From Eledone cirrhosa (Eukaryota): DNA of 64,000 bases. The position numbers and the translations under genes are program-made. Numbering within the stretch: position 1 is the stretch's first letter; each line of letters starts with the position of its first letter. Location: contig OZ024755.1 in the NCBI GenBank assembly GCA_964016885.1, positions 7,750,001-7,814,000 of the forward strand, given 5' to 3'. The notes beneath the pieces were generated by a model. It did no database searches and was not told the DNA's origin. It worked only from the letters and a program-made list of their open reading frames with translations. Below are positions 25,252 to 39,220 of this stretch, one piece after another.

Positions 25252-26046
25252 ATATATATATATATATACATCTGTGTTTGATTGATTATATAGCTTTCGC
25301 CGTGTGCACGTGTGTTTTGAAGGAATTTCGCAAATGTTTCTATCAATGTCAGAAATTTACTATTAATCAAAATTCATGTTAAAAGCTTGTCTTTCTCTAG
25401 ACACTCTATTATGACTGCAGTACTTAAGATATAGGCAGAATGTAATGCTGATATCGAGTGGCCGAGTGGATGGAGGAATTATCTTCAGAACTCAGAGAGT
25501 CTGTACAATTACTCCAAAGCATTCCTTCCGACGTCTTATAGTTAAGGATATAGTCTCTCCCGTTTCAAGAATCTAGTCGGAACAGAGCTTATCTCGGTTT
25601 TATTGAAGTTAAACAACTGAAAGTACAATTTCTCCTCTGTATAGGACACCAGTCAATCACAGTTTAATCCAAAGCTGCTATTTGCTGAGTGAATTATGGA
25701 AACTTGAAATGAAGTGTCTAGCTCAAGAGCCCAACGCATCACACAGTCTATGTATTAGGTTCATGACTTTATGGATAATGAATCCTATAGCGGATCCAAT
25801 ACACATATCGAAAACTGTTTGTGAAAGTTGTTTACGTGTCTTCCGCGTAAATAACTTGCAGCTAAAGATGCACTTGTGAGCGTTACCTGTTTGGGTTGAC
25901 CGTATATTATGTATATGCGTGTGTGTTATTTTCATAAACTCTTAATTCCTGGTAGAATCGCAGAGACATAGTCGTAATATACTGGGTGTCTTGACCATTT
26001 AAAGTGGAGCCTATCTCTCCAGGTCTTAACACAGCCTTCTAATGAA

Positions 26047-26104
<58 letters not shown>

Positions 26105-28341
26105 CGAGATCAGAAAGAGAAAGAAAGAGATATATAGAGGAGGAATTGATCCAGGTAATTGATTGATGCTTCATCAACCTCGGAAGAATGTAATGCAACG
26201 CTGATCCAAGAGGGATTTGTACTCTGATTACACAGAGCTGGAAGGAATACTGCAACCCATAGTGCACGACATTTCAATGCTAATTATGTGCCTTGTGTTG
26301 TTACCATAAAGACAGGGGCATAACCTACGACATTGGGATCGTAAACCCTTCATTATAACCACTAGGCCGCAAGCCCTCACATATATACTATCATATTTTC
26401 GTGCTTCTCAATGAGGCAAACGAAGAACAAGTTTTTGTGAGATAAAGTGTCTTTCTATTAAATTTAATAAAATCTATCATATCTATAGGAAACTACAAAC
26501 CAGCCCTCCGTCACACTAATAAGTAAGCAAGACTATATACACAATTCTTCTTACAGCACGTTTTTAATATAGTTTTCTCATTCAGTTTATTAACAACGAA
26601 CTTTCAAACATTCATAGAATTGGAATGTTACTTTATTTACATTGACATTAAAAAGAATCTTAAATCCTTAACTTTTTTTCAGCAAAATTTCAAATGAATA
26701 AACACCATTTATATGAAAAATACAAATATACAATAAATGTGAAAATGCATTATTGTCTGGGGATGATATATCTCCGAAACCGAATTCCGTCTTGTACAGT
26801 TCCTATCGATTTTTTTTATATCTTGACGCAAACAAATTTAAGATTGAAACTTTCATTTCTTTGATCAATCTATTTGTTGGAAGTTGTTTACCATATTACT
26901 TAGTCTAGTCTTCTGAACATTTTGTACATAGTGCAATGTCTCTTCCTCTGGGAATGTATTTATTAGCAACCCTTTACAGCAGAGTGTAGTACACCTAGTT
27001 AAATGAAAGAACTCGATTGGGAGATATACGAAGGTTTTTGCTTTTAGTACTTTATAAAATTAGTTTATTGTTTTATTGCTGGTGATAATACGTAAAGTTT
27101 CACGGGTGTAGTAAATTATTTGCCTCCCTATAGAGGATAATAACTCGACAGAAGTTTTCTTAACGTTGCAAGATGTTATTTCCCTCAGCTCGCCACATTG
27201 CATCTCACGTTTTGACGGGCCCAACCTCTCGTCAAATTAAGTTTCCTTTGCGCAACTTTGCTTCAATAGATGTGAATGCTCCAACGGTTTTGAATAACAT
27301 TGCTTCTGTATTCTCTTATTAGTGAAAAGCAATCAAAGAAAAATAACCGCCAGTAGTGCCACGGAGATGAAAGATCACAGTCAAAGTGAAATTGATTTTT
27401 TCCTTTTTAACTCAATGCAGAGAACCTTCTTAATACGAAATATTCTAGCTTCCTCTCTCTCTCCCATATCTCTCTCCATATCCCTCTCTCCATATCTCTC
27501 TCTTTACTCTCCTCTCTCTCTCCTCTCTGCAATTGCTTGGTTCCGTTACACTTTTTCTCACTGTTTCTTTCATTCATTTTCTCCTCTTTCTTTTCTCATT
27601 CTCTCAATCCTCTCGTGTTTCTTATTCCCTCCTTTCCTTACACACTCCTTCTTTCACTGTCTATCTCTCGCTCCCCCTCCAATATATCTCTTAGTTTTTG
27701 TTTGTCTGTTTCTTTCACCATCTTTCTCCCTGCCTTTCTCTTTCTTTCTCCCATACTTCGCCATACTCTTCTTTTCTCTTTCTTTCTCCCATACTTCGCC
27801 TTACTCTCCTTTTCTCTTACAATTTCTCTCCTCTCATTTCACCACTAATATAACTCCATGCTGTTTGCTTGTTTGTCTCTATTTCTTCCAGTACATTTCT
27901 CTATATTTCCTCCATTCACTCACATTGCCTCCTTTTCTCAACTCTCTCAAACATTCTTCTGTTCTCTATACACTGCAGTGAACCTTAAATGCACATCAGC
28001 AAGTAAATATAAAAGAAACAGTGTTAGTAATAATATTTTCATCTCTTCAGATGTCAGATATAATATTGTTTAATGTTATCAAGATATTTCTTGCAGATTT
28101 TCTTCATTTTCATTTGGGATAAATCGGATTCAACATCTTGGTCTGAACTATCGATCTATTTGTTATTAAATGAATTAATAGCTTGTCTGGATTTTCACAC
28201 TAATAAAATGACTCACAATTCCGATGGTTAATAATCGTTGTGTCAGTTATACAAGACTTTTTAAAACAATTCTTAACGACTAAGTGCGATTATATAGATT
28301 GCTAGAACAAAAAACTATGACATACACTCTTCCTGGTTTAA

Positions 28342-28772
<431 letters not shown>

Positions 28773-28899
28773 CTAGTATGTGTTAGTTAATCTCCGACAT
28801 TTCAGTATGCATGGTAGAAACGACGGAACTTGCTCAAGAACCTCTGACCACAGTTGTATGTCCAAGACGCCGACCACTAGTGTATATTTTGTATACAAA

Positions 28900-29245
28900 T
28901 TTTGGTTGGGTGAGTAAGATATTTTATCGCAATTCTAAGGTGCTGGGTACGATCCTAACTAAGTGGCATCTTGCTTTAGTGTCTTTACCATAACCTCAGG
29001 TCGACCCTCCCTCGTGGGTGAAATTGGATATATGAAAACTATTTTGAAGCACGTCGGATGGAATGTACCTGTCATTCAAAGGCTTAGTTGTATCACATAT
29101 TATCAGACTCGTCCGACTTGGAATTATCTTAAGGGTACAGGTGTCTGTGGAACTCTCAATTACTGAGGTGTTAATTCACGAATTGAAAATTCAGTCGATT
29201 GACCAACTTAATGATCATCGTCAAAAGTGACGGAAGATCCATCCC
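28900..29245 (+). mobile_element. Diverged tRNA SINE
   Basis: Head ctgggtacgatcc; tail ttaagggtacaggtgtctgtggaa...ttaattcacg shared with 20140-20200. Confidence 0.55.
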
Positions 29246-29277
29246 CATCTGCATATATTAAATACTGGTAGTAAATA

Positions 29278-29492
29278 GGGCGGTTGATTGGCAGTATCAG
29301 TGAGCGTCAGGCACCATGCTTAACTGCATGGAGTCACGGCCCTTTACGTTATGAGTTCAAATCCCACCGAGATTAGCTTTGCCTTTCATCGTTATGAGGT
29401 CGATAAAATAAAGCACCAGTATGCACTGGGGCTGATTTAATCAACTTTCCTCTCCTCTTCAAATTGCTGGCCTTGTGCCTAACGTAGAAACC
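29278..29492 (+). mobile_element. Deu/Nin-domain tRNA SINE
   Basis: B-box gagttcaaatccc followed by ttgcctttcatcgttatgaggtcgataaaataaagcaccag (Nin domain). Confidence 0.85.
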
Positions 29493-29740
29493 CTTAATTA
29501 CTGAGAGTGAAATTATTAACAAAAGGAATATCTGAGTAAAAGACAGACAAAATATAATATCCTATTTAAACCCCAGCTCACTTGTTTGTTTTGTTTTACA
29601 TAGAATGAGGTGCCCTCCTCAGCCGTAACTCTCACACTGTCAGGTGATGCTGTGAGGCTCATGCATTTTTTAGAAGTATTTTGTAACTATAAATGGAGTA
29701 TATACATTCAGTCTGTGACACTATGTAATACATTAGGTAA

Positions 29741-29910
29741 TAAATGTTTCTACTTTTGGCACAAGGCCAGCAAATTACCCAGTACATTACTGGTACTTTA
29801 TTTTATCGACCCCCGTAAGGATTAAAGGCAAAGTTAACCTCGGCGGGATTTGAACTCATAAAGGGCAGTAACTCTTTGCTGGAAAGCATGGCGACCGACC
29901 CTCTACTGAT
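29741..29910 (-). mobile_element. Deu/Nin-domain tRNA SINE
   Basis: actggtactttattttatcgacccccgtaaggattaaaggcaaagttaacctcggcgggatttgaactc. Confidence 0.88.
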
Positions 29911-31905
29911 CTAGATAATATTTATATAATATATGCTGCTATATATCACATTGCTAAATATATTGTATATTATTTTCAGTTCATATATCATGCAAATGTC
30001 ATTTAAAAGAGAACGTATCATATATTACCATTAAGATACACTGCAGTATATATTTGAGTAAAGAGACGTCATATATTATTGTATAAAAGCAAACATCTTC
30101 ATATTGAACTAACAACGTTTGTATTTTTGTGCCTAACAGATGGAATCTCTTCCGACATTAATCCCCTCAACCCTTCCGCCTGACCATTCATAAATATTAC
30201 AGTCACGAATTGAAAAATAAATGCTGTAAATAACAGTTGAACTCAGATCTCCTGCTTAAATTAGCTCTCTCTCTCTCTCTCTCTCTCTCGCCCCCCCCCC
30301 CCCCCGTCCTTTTATTTTATATATATTTCCCTTCTTTTTTTTAACTCCCATTTCTTACATTATTCCTGTCTTTCTTTTGTTCTCTTTTTATCTATCCATG
30401 TCATCAGAAATTGATATGAGAAGGCCAAAATTTACTGACGATATAAAAGACGCCGAGAAGAGATAGAAAACGGCCAGCAAAGGGTATCTGGAATAATCGT
30501 ATTTGACTTCATCGTCAAGAGGTTGCATTAAGTTTTATAAACCGCCATTTCCTTCGAGGAGAGCAGATAAAAATCTTTTGATAGCTTTGCCTGCATGATA
30601 TGTTGGTGATTGTAAAAGCCAGTGTCTAGATTGAGATTGGAGAACTCCTTATAAACAGTGCTGGAGGAGGGAGACTCTAGAATGAAAACGCAAAAATCAA
30701 CTGACACTATTAATTGTACTTTCAAATCTGCTTCCTATCTCTGTTGCGGACATGATAGAATAATTAATACATTTCTGATAGTATGGTTTATAACCGGTTA
30801 ACTATAATTGAGGCATTCTTTATTCTTTATAATATTATCATATCTTATTTTATTTTAAATTTGTTTTATTCTTCGTTTTTCGTTTATACAAAACATCAGT
30901 TCCCATATTTTAATTGACCTAGCTCAACATTTATTTAAGCATCAACTAACGTTTGTATAAAGAAAAATAAATAGAGATAAATAATTACAAAATTCTGTAT
31001 AAACTGGATAATGATAAGGAAAGAGTGTGCAGATGATTTTCATGTATTTCCTGGACTATTTCGTAAACAACAGATTCTCATGTTGTTAGACCCATTGTAT
31101 TTTTACACGTTTTTGCAGATTTAATCAATGCTCGGTTGAGATTCAGAAGAAAATATCCCCAACTAGAGACCTTGTTTATTTATGACGATATTCACCTCAG
31201 TCAAACCCATAAGTCATTATTTCACATGTATAGAACAGTCTGAAGTTATTGTTCTCTATCTAAAACATATTACAGTAATCCTATCGTGTCCACACGTATC
31301 ACATACACATCTTACAGCAAAAAATTTCTATATTAAGAGTTGACCTTTCTAAACCCTTTCGCTATTTAATACGGTTTATATATACATATATATATGCGTG
31401 TGTATGTGTGTGCGTTTAGATGTGTGTATGTATTTACATACACACATATAAACGCACACACATGTATACTTATATTTCTCTGAAATATTTTCATATATAT
31501 GGGTAACTGAATAAGCAAGTGTGCTTTTTCCTTTTTTTTTCTCCGTTTCTCCCTCTTCTTGCCCTTTCTTCTTTTATTTTATCTTTTATTTCTAACTATA
31601 TCCTTTGATGAAGGACCAGTATCCGAAATGTGAAGACACTTTACCTGCTATTTCAAGCGTTAAACTAATATATTTCTTCAATGTGCACTCTCATTTGCCT
31701 AGATATTTCTGTTTACATTTTACACACACGCACACACGCACACATACACACACACACACACAGATATATATATATAAAGATAGAGAGAGGGACAGAGAAA
31801 TTATAAATATATATACATAAACATTTAGGGAGAAATTCTATATATATATATATCTATGTATATACATACACACACACATACATATATATATATAGGAAAA
31901 ATATG

Positions 31906-31955
<50 letters not shown>

Positions 31956-31959
31956 AAAC

Positions 31960-32038
<79 letters not shown>

Positions 32039-32979
32039 CATATATATACACCATCTCTTTTGTATAAATACGTTCACATACAATCTGTTCGAACATAAAC
32101 GAATGCCCCAATACATGTATTCATACAAAATTATCCTTGCATTCTCCTACAGACAATTTTATACAAACACATCTACACAATATTCACACATCAACATACG
32201 CTTCTACGTGTATTATTAATAAATTATACACAACACCTTTAAATGAACAAATACTGGTGGTGACTGTAAGCAACTGAGAGATAGAAAGAGGTGAAAGGCT
32301 CAGCAGGGTGCATACAGTGGTGAGTGGCAGGTTAAAAGCCCCCAAACGACAGATCAACACATTTGACTGTCTGGTAGAAATCAAAGCCAAAACACTGGTC
32401 ACAATAGAAACGTATTGACTTGATAAACACCATTTCATGTCGGCCATTGTTGTATACTTTACATGGCTTCACTGTTAACAGACATCATCTGATATTTCCA
32501 CTATGTCTATACAGCTGCCTTATTCTTCTTTTTTAGTCTCACTCCTTTGTTTTCTTTCCTTTCTTTCAGACATTTTTTATTCATTATTTGCCTTTTTTAT
32601 TTGGTTCTTTCTTTCTTATTTTCTTTCTTTCCCTTTCCATTCTTTTTTTCTTCCTTTACTGAATTTTAACATTTTTGTTTTCTTTTTTCCTATTTATTTC
32701 AATTTTTACTACAGTTTTTCTCCCTTTCGGCGGTTCTGTACTTCTTTCTGTCGTTCGTCTCTCCTCTCTTGTTTTCGTCCTTTCTCTCCGTTTCGTCTCC
32801 CACGATCGTTTCTACTCTTTTTCTCTTTCTTCCTATATTTCTTACCTTTTGTTCTTCTCTGTCTTCTTTTTCTTTCCGTCTAACCAGCCATCTATGCATC
32901 CATCCACCTATCTCTCCATCTCTCCATCCATACATCTCTCCATTTCCCCCACTTGTTTAACAACTAAACCATTCATCTG

Positions 32980-33015
<36 letters not shown>

Positions 33016-33112
33016 CATATCTATCTACTCTTCATTACTCTTACTTCTCCACTTCCTTCATTTCCGTCTAAAGGTTTTATCCTACATTTTTCCAGTATTA
33101 TAAAATATTCTA

Positions 33113-33190
<78 letters not shown>

Positions 33191-33239
33191 ATTTTATAAA
33201 ATAATATTTCTATCTATTTATTACTAATCTATTTTTTCA

Positions 33240-33352
33240 TGAAATAAAGTGTCTTGTTCAAGGACATAACACATCACCCGGTTTGAGAATCGAACTCCCA
33301 ATCTCTCGAATGGAATGCAAGTCAAACTCCAACCACTAAGTCATACGTCTTC
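33240..33352 (-). mobile_element. CORE-type SINE head fragment
   Basis: Reverse complement: gacttagtggttgg...gggagttcgattctc...gtccttgaacaagacactttatttca. Confidence 0.7.
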
Positions 33353-34092
33353 ACATATACACCGGTAACCCATAAATAAATCAGCACTGATTACCAAAGT
33401 ACTTAATAAGTAATTTGAAGTGAGGTCTACATGATACAACTCTACAATCTCTGGTGGACTGCATTTTACATTTTGACTGGAACAACTCCAAGATTGTGTA
33501 GGTTTCCATTCTACATCTAGCTTGCACCACTTTGCACAGGCATGTGTGTGAGTGTGAGTGTATTCGAGTGTTTATTTGTATTGTATCAAATCTGCCTCTA
33601 GTATCCCTTACTGTCTGTCTTTGCTCTTTCTTGTTTTCGTTCTTTACTACTTTCTACAATAGTTTGTGAAAAATTGGTTGTCAACCTTTTTACATGAATT
33701 TAACTACGCGACTCAATAATTTACGTGAAGCATGTCTAAGATAAATTCTATCCTGTACAGACCGCTATTATGCCGTAAATAAATTTCTACATAATTTTGA
33801 GCACATATGTCTTACAGATAATACATATGAATTAAAACAATTTAGAAATACATGGAAACAACTGCAACCGATTTTAATTTGTGGCAATACAGAAGTATCT
33901 CATTAATTACACATTCAGTCAAACCATCTGTCTTGTATTCTAGTATAGTTAATTCATAACAAGTACGGTTTATAGCAATATTTCTTCAAGTGAAATCCCG
34001 ATAAAATTCTGTCGTCCCACACGAGATAGAGTGACATTTAGTAGAATTTTCATAAAATTTCATCATATATATATATATATATATTTATATAT

Positions 34093-34238
34093 AATACTTA
34101 GGGTAGTAGAGTGGGTAATAGGAACATGTTTAACTGTTTAACCTATTTAAACATTTTCCTATTACCCACTCTACTACCCTAAGTATTGAGTACTCTGGAG
34201 CGTTATGGTCCATCTGATTCCTTACCACACTTCCTTCG

Positions 34239-34240
<2 letters not shown>
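34093..34240 (+). mobile_element. Family A fold-back element (short)
   Basis: Arms 34093-34133 and 34147-34187; same fixed 3' end ccttaccacacttccttcgttATA. Confidence 0.88.
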
Positions 34241-34306
<66 letters not shown>

Positions 34307-35395
34307 ATAAATGTATATGGGTAAATTCTCTCTCTAAGACACAGATTTCCTTTAATTAATGTCTTATTAAAATTTGGGTACTAAAGAATTTCAGTAATTT
34401 GTGTGGTAAAGGTTTTCGATTAGATGTAAGGGGTTGCTTCACTATTCGTTTTAAAAATAGTTCATCTGGTTAATAGTTCATTGTAAACGAACTGTTAACC
34501 AGAAAGCAGCGGAGACGAATTGAATATATTCATACTAGCATCCATGCTGTGGTTTACAGAAAATATCTGAAAAAGTCATATAACCTATGACATTAAAGGA
34601 CGTGTCCTCTGCAAAATTCCAGCTACCTAGGCGGAAAAAAAAACTATGAATCTAAATACTCGTATATATATTAAGATTATATATTCGGATATCTAAGCTA
34701 TTTATTTTATTTTCCCTCTTCTGAAGTATGTCATACTAAATGTTTGATAGATGTACCCTACTATACCATATAACAATACATATATATTCTCATCTGTGTC
34801 CAAGTAGGTGAAACATGATAGACTGGTGTTTATAACGACTACAAAAAAGTATCTTTCAGCTGCTTAGTGCTGTGAAAGCTAGGACAAGATCCATCAAATT
34901 TACAATACAGCTCTCTCCATTGAACGACAGTTGCATACAAACATCATAATTAAAACCAGATTCAATTTAAAAAAAAAACGGATGACTCCGAAAATTGTGA
35001 GACTGGTGATAGATGGTTAGTGTCGCCATGGATGAAATTGTAAATATCCGCAAACGAAGAATGTGTTAGAGTGTTGTGAATGTAATTAATACAGTTTCAT
35101 TTAGCTATAACTAAACAGTCACCGCTCATAACATTAATATAAAAAATAACGAAACATTTCTCAAGTTAATCGGCACAAACTCATTCACGTTAACTCTAGC
35201 CTACAGACACACTGTCTCCTTCTTTTACTGTTACTACAATTGATCCTGCTCTTCGGAGCAAGGTGGATACTTAAAACCATATGCCAGGCGCTCCGGACTC
35301 ACTCGTCCCCGCCTTATGGTCTACAGAAGAAGACAACACGCCTGCATACCATAAGGGGGGACGTGATTATATATATATATAATCTCGTCTTCCCT

Positions 35396-35423
35396 TAAAC
35401 AGTTCTAGTCCTGTATAAAAAAT

Positions 35424-35469
<46 letters not shown>

Positions 35470-35665
35470 ATTTTTCATAAAGGACTGGAACTGTTTCCTT
35501 CCAAAGAAATCATAAGGAGGACTCTCCTGATGATTTCTTACGAATGAAACAGTTCTAGTCCAGTAGAAGTAATTTCTATTATAAAACGAATATACCTATA
35601 CGCTATTAACGTATTAAGTACTTTTTTTGACCGTGGTCGCCTTCCGATTTACAATATATATAAAT
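35396..35665 (+). mobile_element. Family B fold-back element with degenerate hammerheads in both orientations
   Basis: ctcCTGATGAtttcttacgaatGAAAcagttctagtc at 35524-35560; inverted copy at ~35466-35519; further sense fragment at 35397-35427; tail homologous to 4240-4320. Confidence 0.75.
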
Positions 35666-35900
35666 ATATATTTCCCTTGGTATCTGGTTATCGCTGAAGT
35701 AGAATTCAAGCGAATGGTAGCATATAGTCATAGGTATTTACTTATCTACGGTAGGATCAATAATACTGTTAGAGCTTCATGTAGCGTAGATATGAGTTTC
35801 CGAATAAAATACGGTGAAAGAAGGCTTTTGTTTTTTTGTCGAAGAAAATTAGCATATTAAACTTTTTTGAATTTTCCAATGAACTACAGAATCATATATA

Positions 35901-35975
35901 CAAGGTGTCCCCCAAAATGTATACATATGTTTATTAGAATGCTGTTGAAGTGAATATGCATTTTTTGGGACACCC

Positions 35976-35977
<2 letters not shown>
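35901..35977. mobile_element. Tc1/mariner-like MITE, ~77 bp
   Basis: TA-caaggtgtcccccaaaatg ... cattttttgggacaccctg-TA: imperfect TIRs with TA flanks. Confidence 0.7.
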
Positions 35978-36023
<46 letters not shown>

Positions 36024-36389
36024 TGTAACTATACGAACATTTAGATATTTTAAGATACGAAATTCATTGTACTTTTTGTGTTTATCATTAAAATCTCTCT
36101 CTTTGTTTACGATTGTTGGTCTAAACCTTTTCTTTATACTCTGGCCAACATTTCTGTCCCTCATCACAGACAAATCTCAATCTCTGCTCAACACCACACC
36201 ACAACCTACTTAATCCCTCCATCTGCTATTCCTGGCCATACTTAATCTGCTGATGAGAGAGAGATAAACACTTTTGACCTGTCACATTAATTTCTCTCTA
36301 AAATTCCTCCTTAAACACACTTCACACTCTACTCGTTAGTTAAGGCGGCAGACCACTGACATCACTGTACACCACCATACCAGCATCTT

Positions 36390-36690
36390 ATACACTACTA
36401 CTGCTGCTACTACTTCAGCTACTGCTGCTACTGCTGCTACTACTGCTGCTGCTATGCTGCTACTGCTTCTTCTGCTGCTGCTACTTCTGCTGCTGCTGCT
36501 ACTGCTATTACTACTACCACTACTGCTCTCCCACAAGGAAGAAGACCCACCGCCACCACCACTTTCACCACCACCCCTATCATCACCACCATCACCACCA
36601 CTATCATCACCACCACCGCCATCATCACCACCACTATCATCACCACCACCGCCACCATCATCACCACCACTATCACCACCACCACCGCCT
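36390..36690. repeat. (CTG/CTA)n and (CAC/CAT)n tracts
   Basis: Source of the poly-L/poly-P ORF. Confidence 0.85.
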
Positions 36691-36731
36691 CAGTTCAGGA
36701 AATAAAATATATATTTTCCATATAGAAATAA

Positions 36732-36938
36732 TAGACACAAGTCCAGCAATTTTGGGGAGGGGAAAGTCGATTAAAGCGACACCAGTGCGTGCCTGGTACT
36801 TTATTTTATCGACCCCATAAGGATGAAAGGCAAAGTTAATCTCGGCGGGATTTTAACTCAGATCATAAAGGGCCGTAACTCTATGCTGCAAAGCATGACG
36901 TCCGACCCTCTACCGATGTTGCTAATCCACTTCCCTTA
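36732..36938 (-). mobile_element. Deu/Nin-domain SINE with 17-bp target-site duplication
   Basis: Nin domain on the minus strand; tttccatatagaaataa at 36715-36731 and 36939-36955. Confidence 0.88.
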
Positions 36939-37118
36939 TTTCCATATAGAAATAAAATCTGAGAGAATCCTTTTTGAGAATATAGCTTTTCACTTCAGAT
37001 CCCTTTAAGATCGAAGTCAGAGCCGTGTGTTGCAACATGCGTACATTACATGTTAATTACGTCATTATAATGTGGTTACATCATTGGAAATTATCTGTCT
37101 CATTATGAGGTCATTACA

Positions 37119-37409
37119 GGGCGGTGGATTGGCAGAATCGGTAGAGCGTCGGACAACATACTTAGCGGCATGTTGTCCGACATGCTTAGAGTTATGGCCC
37201 TTTACGTTCTAAGTTCAAATACCGCCGAGTTTAAAGATTCGAATTTGGCTTCCAATTCTCTGAAATTGTTAGGATAAGCAGTAGGCATGACTTGCAACGG
37301 CTTTGTCTTCCAAGGTCGATAAAAAAAGTACTAGAAATGCACTGGGCTCGATTTAATCGACTTTCCCTTTTCCCCAAACATTTGTTGGCCATGTGCCTAA
37401 ATCATAAAC
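37119..37409 (+). mobile_element. Deu/Nin-domain SINE with internal insertion
   Basis: Head gggcggtggattggcagaatcggtagag, B-box aagttcaaatacc, ggtcgataaaa, tail ggccatgtgcctaaa. Confidence 0.8.
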
Positions 37410-37558
37410 ACGTATAAGATCATTACGTTACAATATCAGCGTTATTGCGTTTTATGTCACGATTACCTCATTACAATATGTGATTATAGCATTGTAGTAT
37501 AGTTATGACATCATAGCATGATGTACGACATTAATACATGGGGTAGGTAATTATAAAA

Positions 37559-37744
37559 TAATTGTTTCTACGTTTGGCACAAAGCCAGCAATTACTCAGT
37601 GCATTACTGGTACTTTATTTTATCGACCCCGTAAGTATGAAAGGCAAAGTTAACCTCGGCTGGATTTGAACTCAGAATGGCATGGGCCGTAACTCTATGC
37701 TGCAAAGCATGGTGTCCGACCCTCTACCGATACTGCCAACCCAC
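37559..37744 (-). mobile_element. Deu/Nin-domain SINE
   Basis: Near-identical to 54733-54921. Confidence 0.9.
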
Positions 37745-37960
37745 AAAATCGTCACGCCACAAACATACATATATAGATACAGACACAAGCATATGTATAT
37801 ACATATATTTATATTTATATACTTACACACGAACTACTGACCAAATAATATTTGGTATCAATGGGCTAAAGACATCTGTCAAATGAAATAGTGGTGAAGG
37901 TGGTGTGTGTGTATATATATATAGAGATATAGAGAGAGAGATAGATAGATAGATACACAC

Positions 37961-38340
37961 ACGTGAACGACATCACAACATTTTGTTTTGAAAATTTTGA
38001 AAGTAGGTTTATAAGAATGAATTTTCATAAGATTTTAGTAGTTGTCTCTGTGGCCTAGCGGTAGGTACTAGAGACGGTGGAGATCCTGATCTTGGGTTCA
38101 ATTCTGGTCAATAGTTACGTGTAACCTTTTTCAGTTTTCCTTTTACAACCAATAGAAAAAAAAAACTAAAAAGATTTACCGAGAACCCTACACGCGACGA
38201 GGATCGAACTTCATACCAGGTTCACCACAGCCGTGATTCTTCCAACTATGCCACAGAGACAACTACGAAAGTATAATGAAAATTGATAATTATAAACCTA
38301 CTTTCAAAATTAAAGTTGAAAAGATGACGTGTCGTCCATG
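37961..38340. mobile_element. Inverted-repeat element with two convergent tRNA-like Pol III units
   Basis: Arms share attttgaaagtaggtttataa and gtagttgtctctgtggc; each arm has an A-box and B-box pointing inward, followed by T-runs. Confidence 0.7.
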
Positions 38341-38889
38341 GCTTATCTAGAGCGAGTAGTAATATTTAGGGTCGACTTCTGGTCATTATTGAAAGTCTGG
38401 ATTTCGCAAAATACATATTTTTTATTGGAGAAGGTAATATTTTCCCGCAAAAATTTGATTGCACTGTTTTGTTTCTACTGATGTATTTTTCGAAAATGTT
38501 ATTTATTCATTATAAAAAATTAAATGATAGCATTCTATATGTAAGTGGGCTCCCTTCATCTCCTGGCAACCAATATCTTTAGACCCAGTCTAAACACGTC
38601 ACTACACCATGAACTCGGCACTACACCACTGCCAGCAATTTGAAGGGAAGTGAGAAGTCGATTAAATATATTAAAATATATTTGTTACTTTATACAAATG
38701 TAAAACATTCACTATCACTTTCTTATAGTTTAAAAACTTCCTAGGTTACTAACCAGAGTCAGTTGATTTGAAATAGTTGATTCAGCATCGGGAAGAATGT
38801 GATCAGATATTCGTATCGGAGCCCTGTTCTCTGCTTTCAAATGCTGCAGGGGTGTACTTTGCTTTCTCTCATTCTCGACTTCCTAAACA

Positions 38890-39220
38890 TGTTGGGTCTT
38901 TCGCGAGGTTAAAGGTGAGAAGATCGAGAGAGACCCTGTCTTCTTGTGACTAGGCAAAACCATTAGCTGAATCGCGGTATATGTTACTAAGGCATTGTCA
39001 ATTGTGAATGAGAATCATAATATTTCAAATGACCAGTTTGTCATTTCTGGTCGAACAATTTTACTAATAACATTGAAAAATCTCATTTCGATTATTCTAA
39101 TGTTTGAGCACTTTAGAAAATTCAACTGTGGAAAACTTAAGAATGGAATCTCTAAACAGTTGACCCCTCTCACTCGAGACATTAGTCTTTTTAGGAGAAC
39201 TACGAATAATTTTGAATGAA
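38890..39220 (+). pseudogene. Decayed LINE reverse-transcriptase relic
   Basis: NENHNISNDQFVISGRT...LKNLIS resembles the RT motif NNLLSDNQFGFRSGRST..TNLL; frame disrupted. Confidence 0.35.

Noticed and set aside
27322-27981. 219-aa hydrophobic ORF (also 32503-32883 and 45815-46246)
   Set aside because: Arises from CT-rich low-complexity tracts.
28775-28850. Minus-strand ttcttgagcaag...ctgaaatgtcggag ending in TA, hammerhead-like
   Set aside because: Core and stem II too divergent to call.
31600-31640. Hammerhead-like ttgatgaagga-ccagta-tccgaaatgtg
   Set aside because: Stem II is present but there is no valid NUH site or stem I; at most a decayed relic.
36249-36310. CTGATGA followed by a gagaga/tctctc stem
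   Set aside because: No GAAA box or stem III/I pairing.
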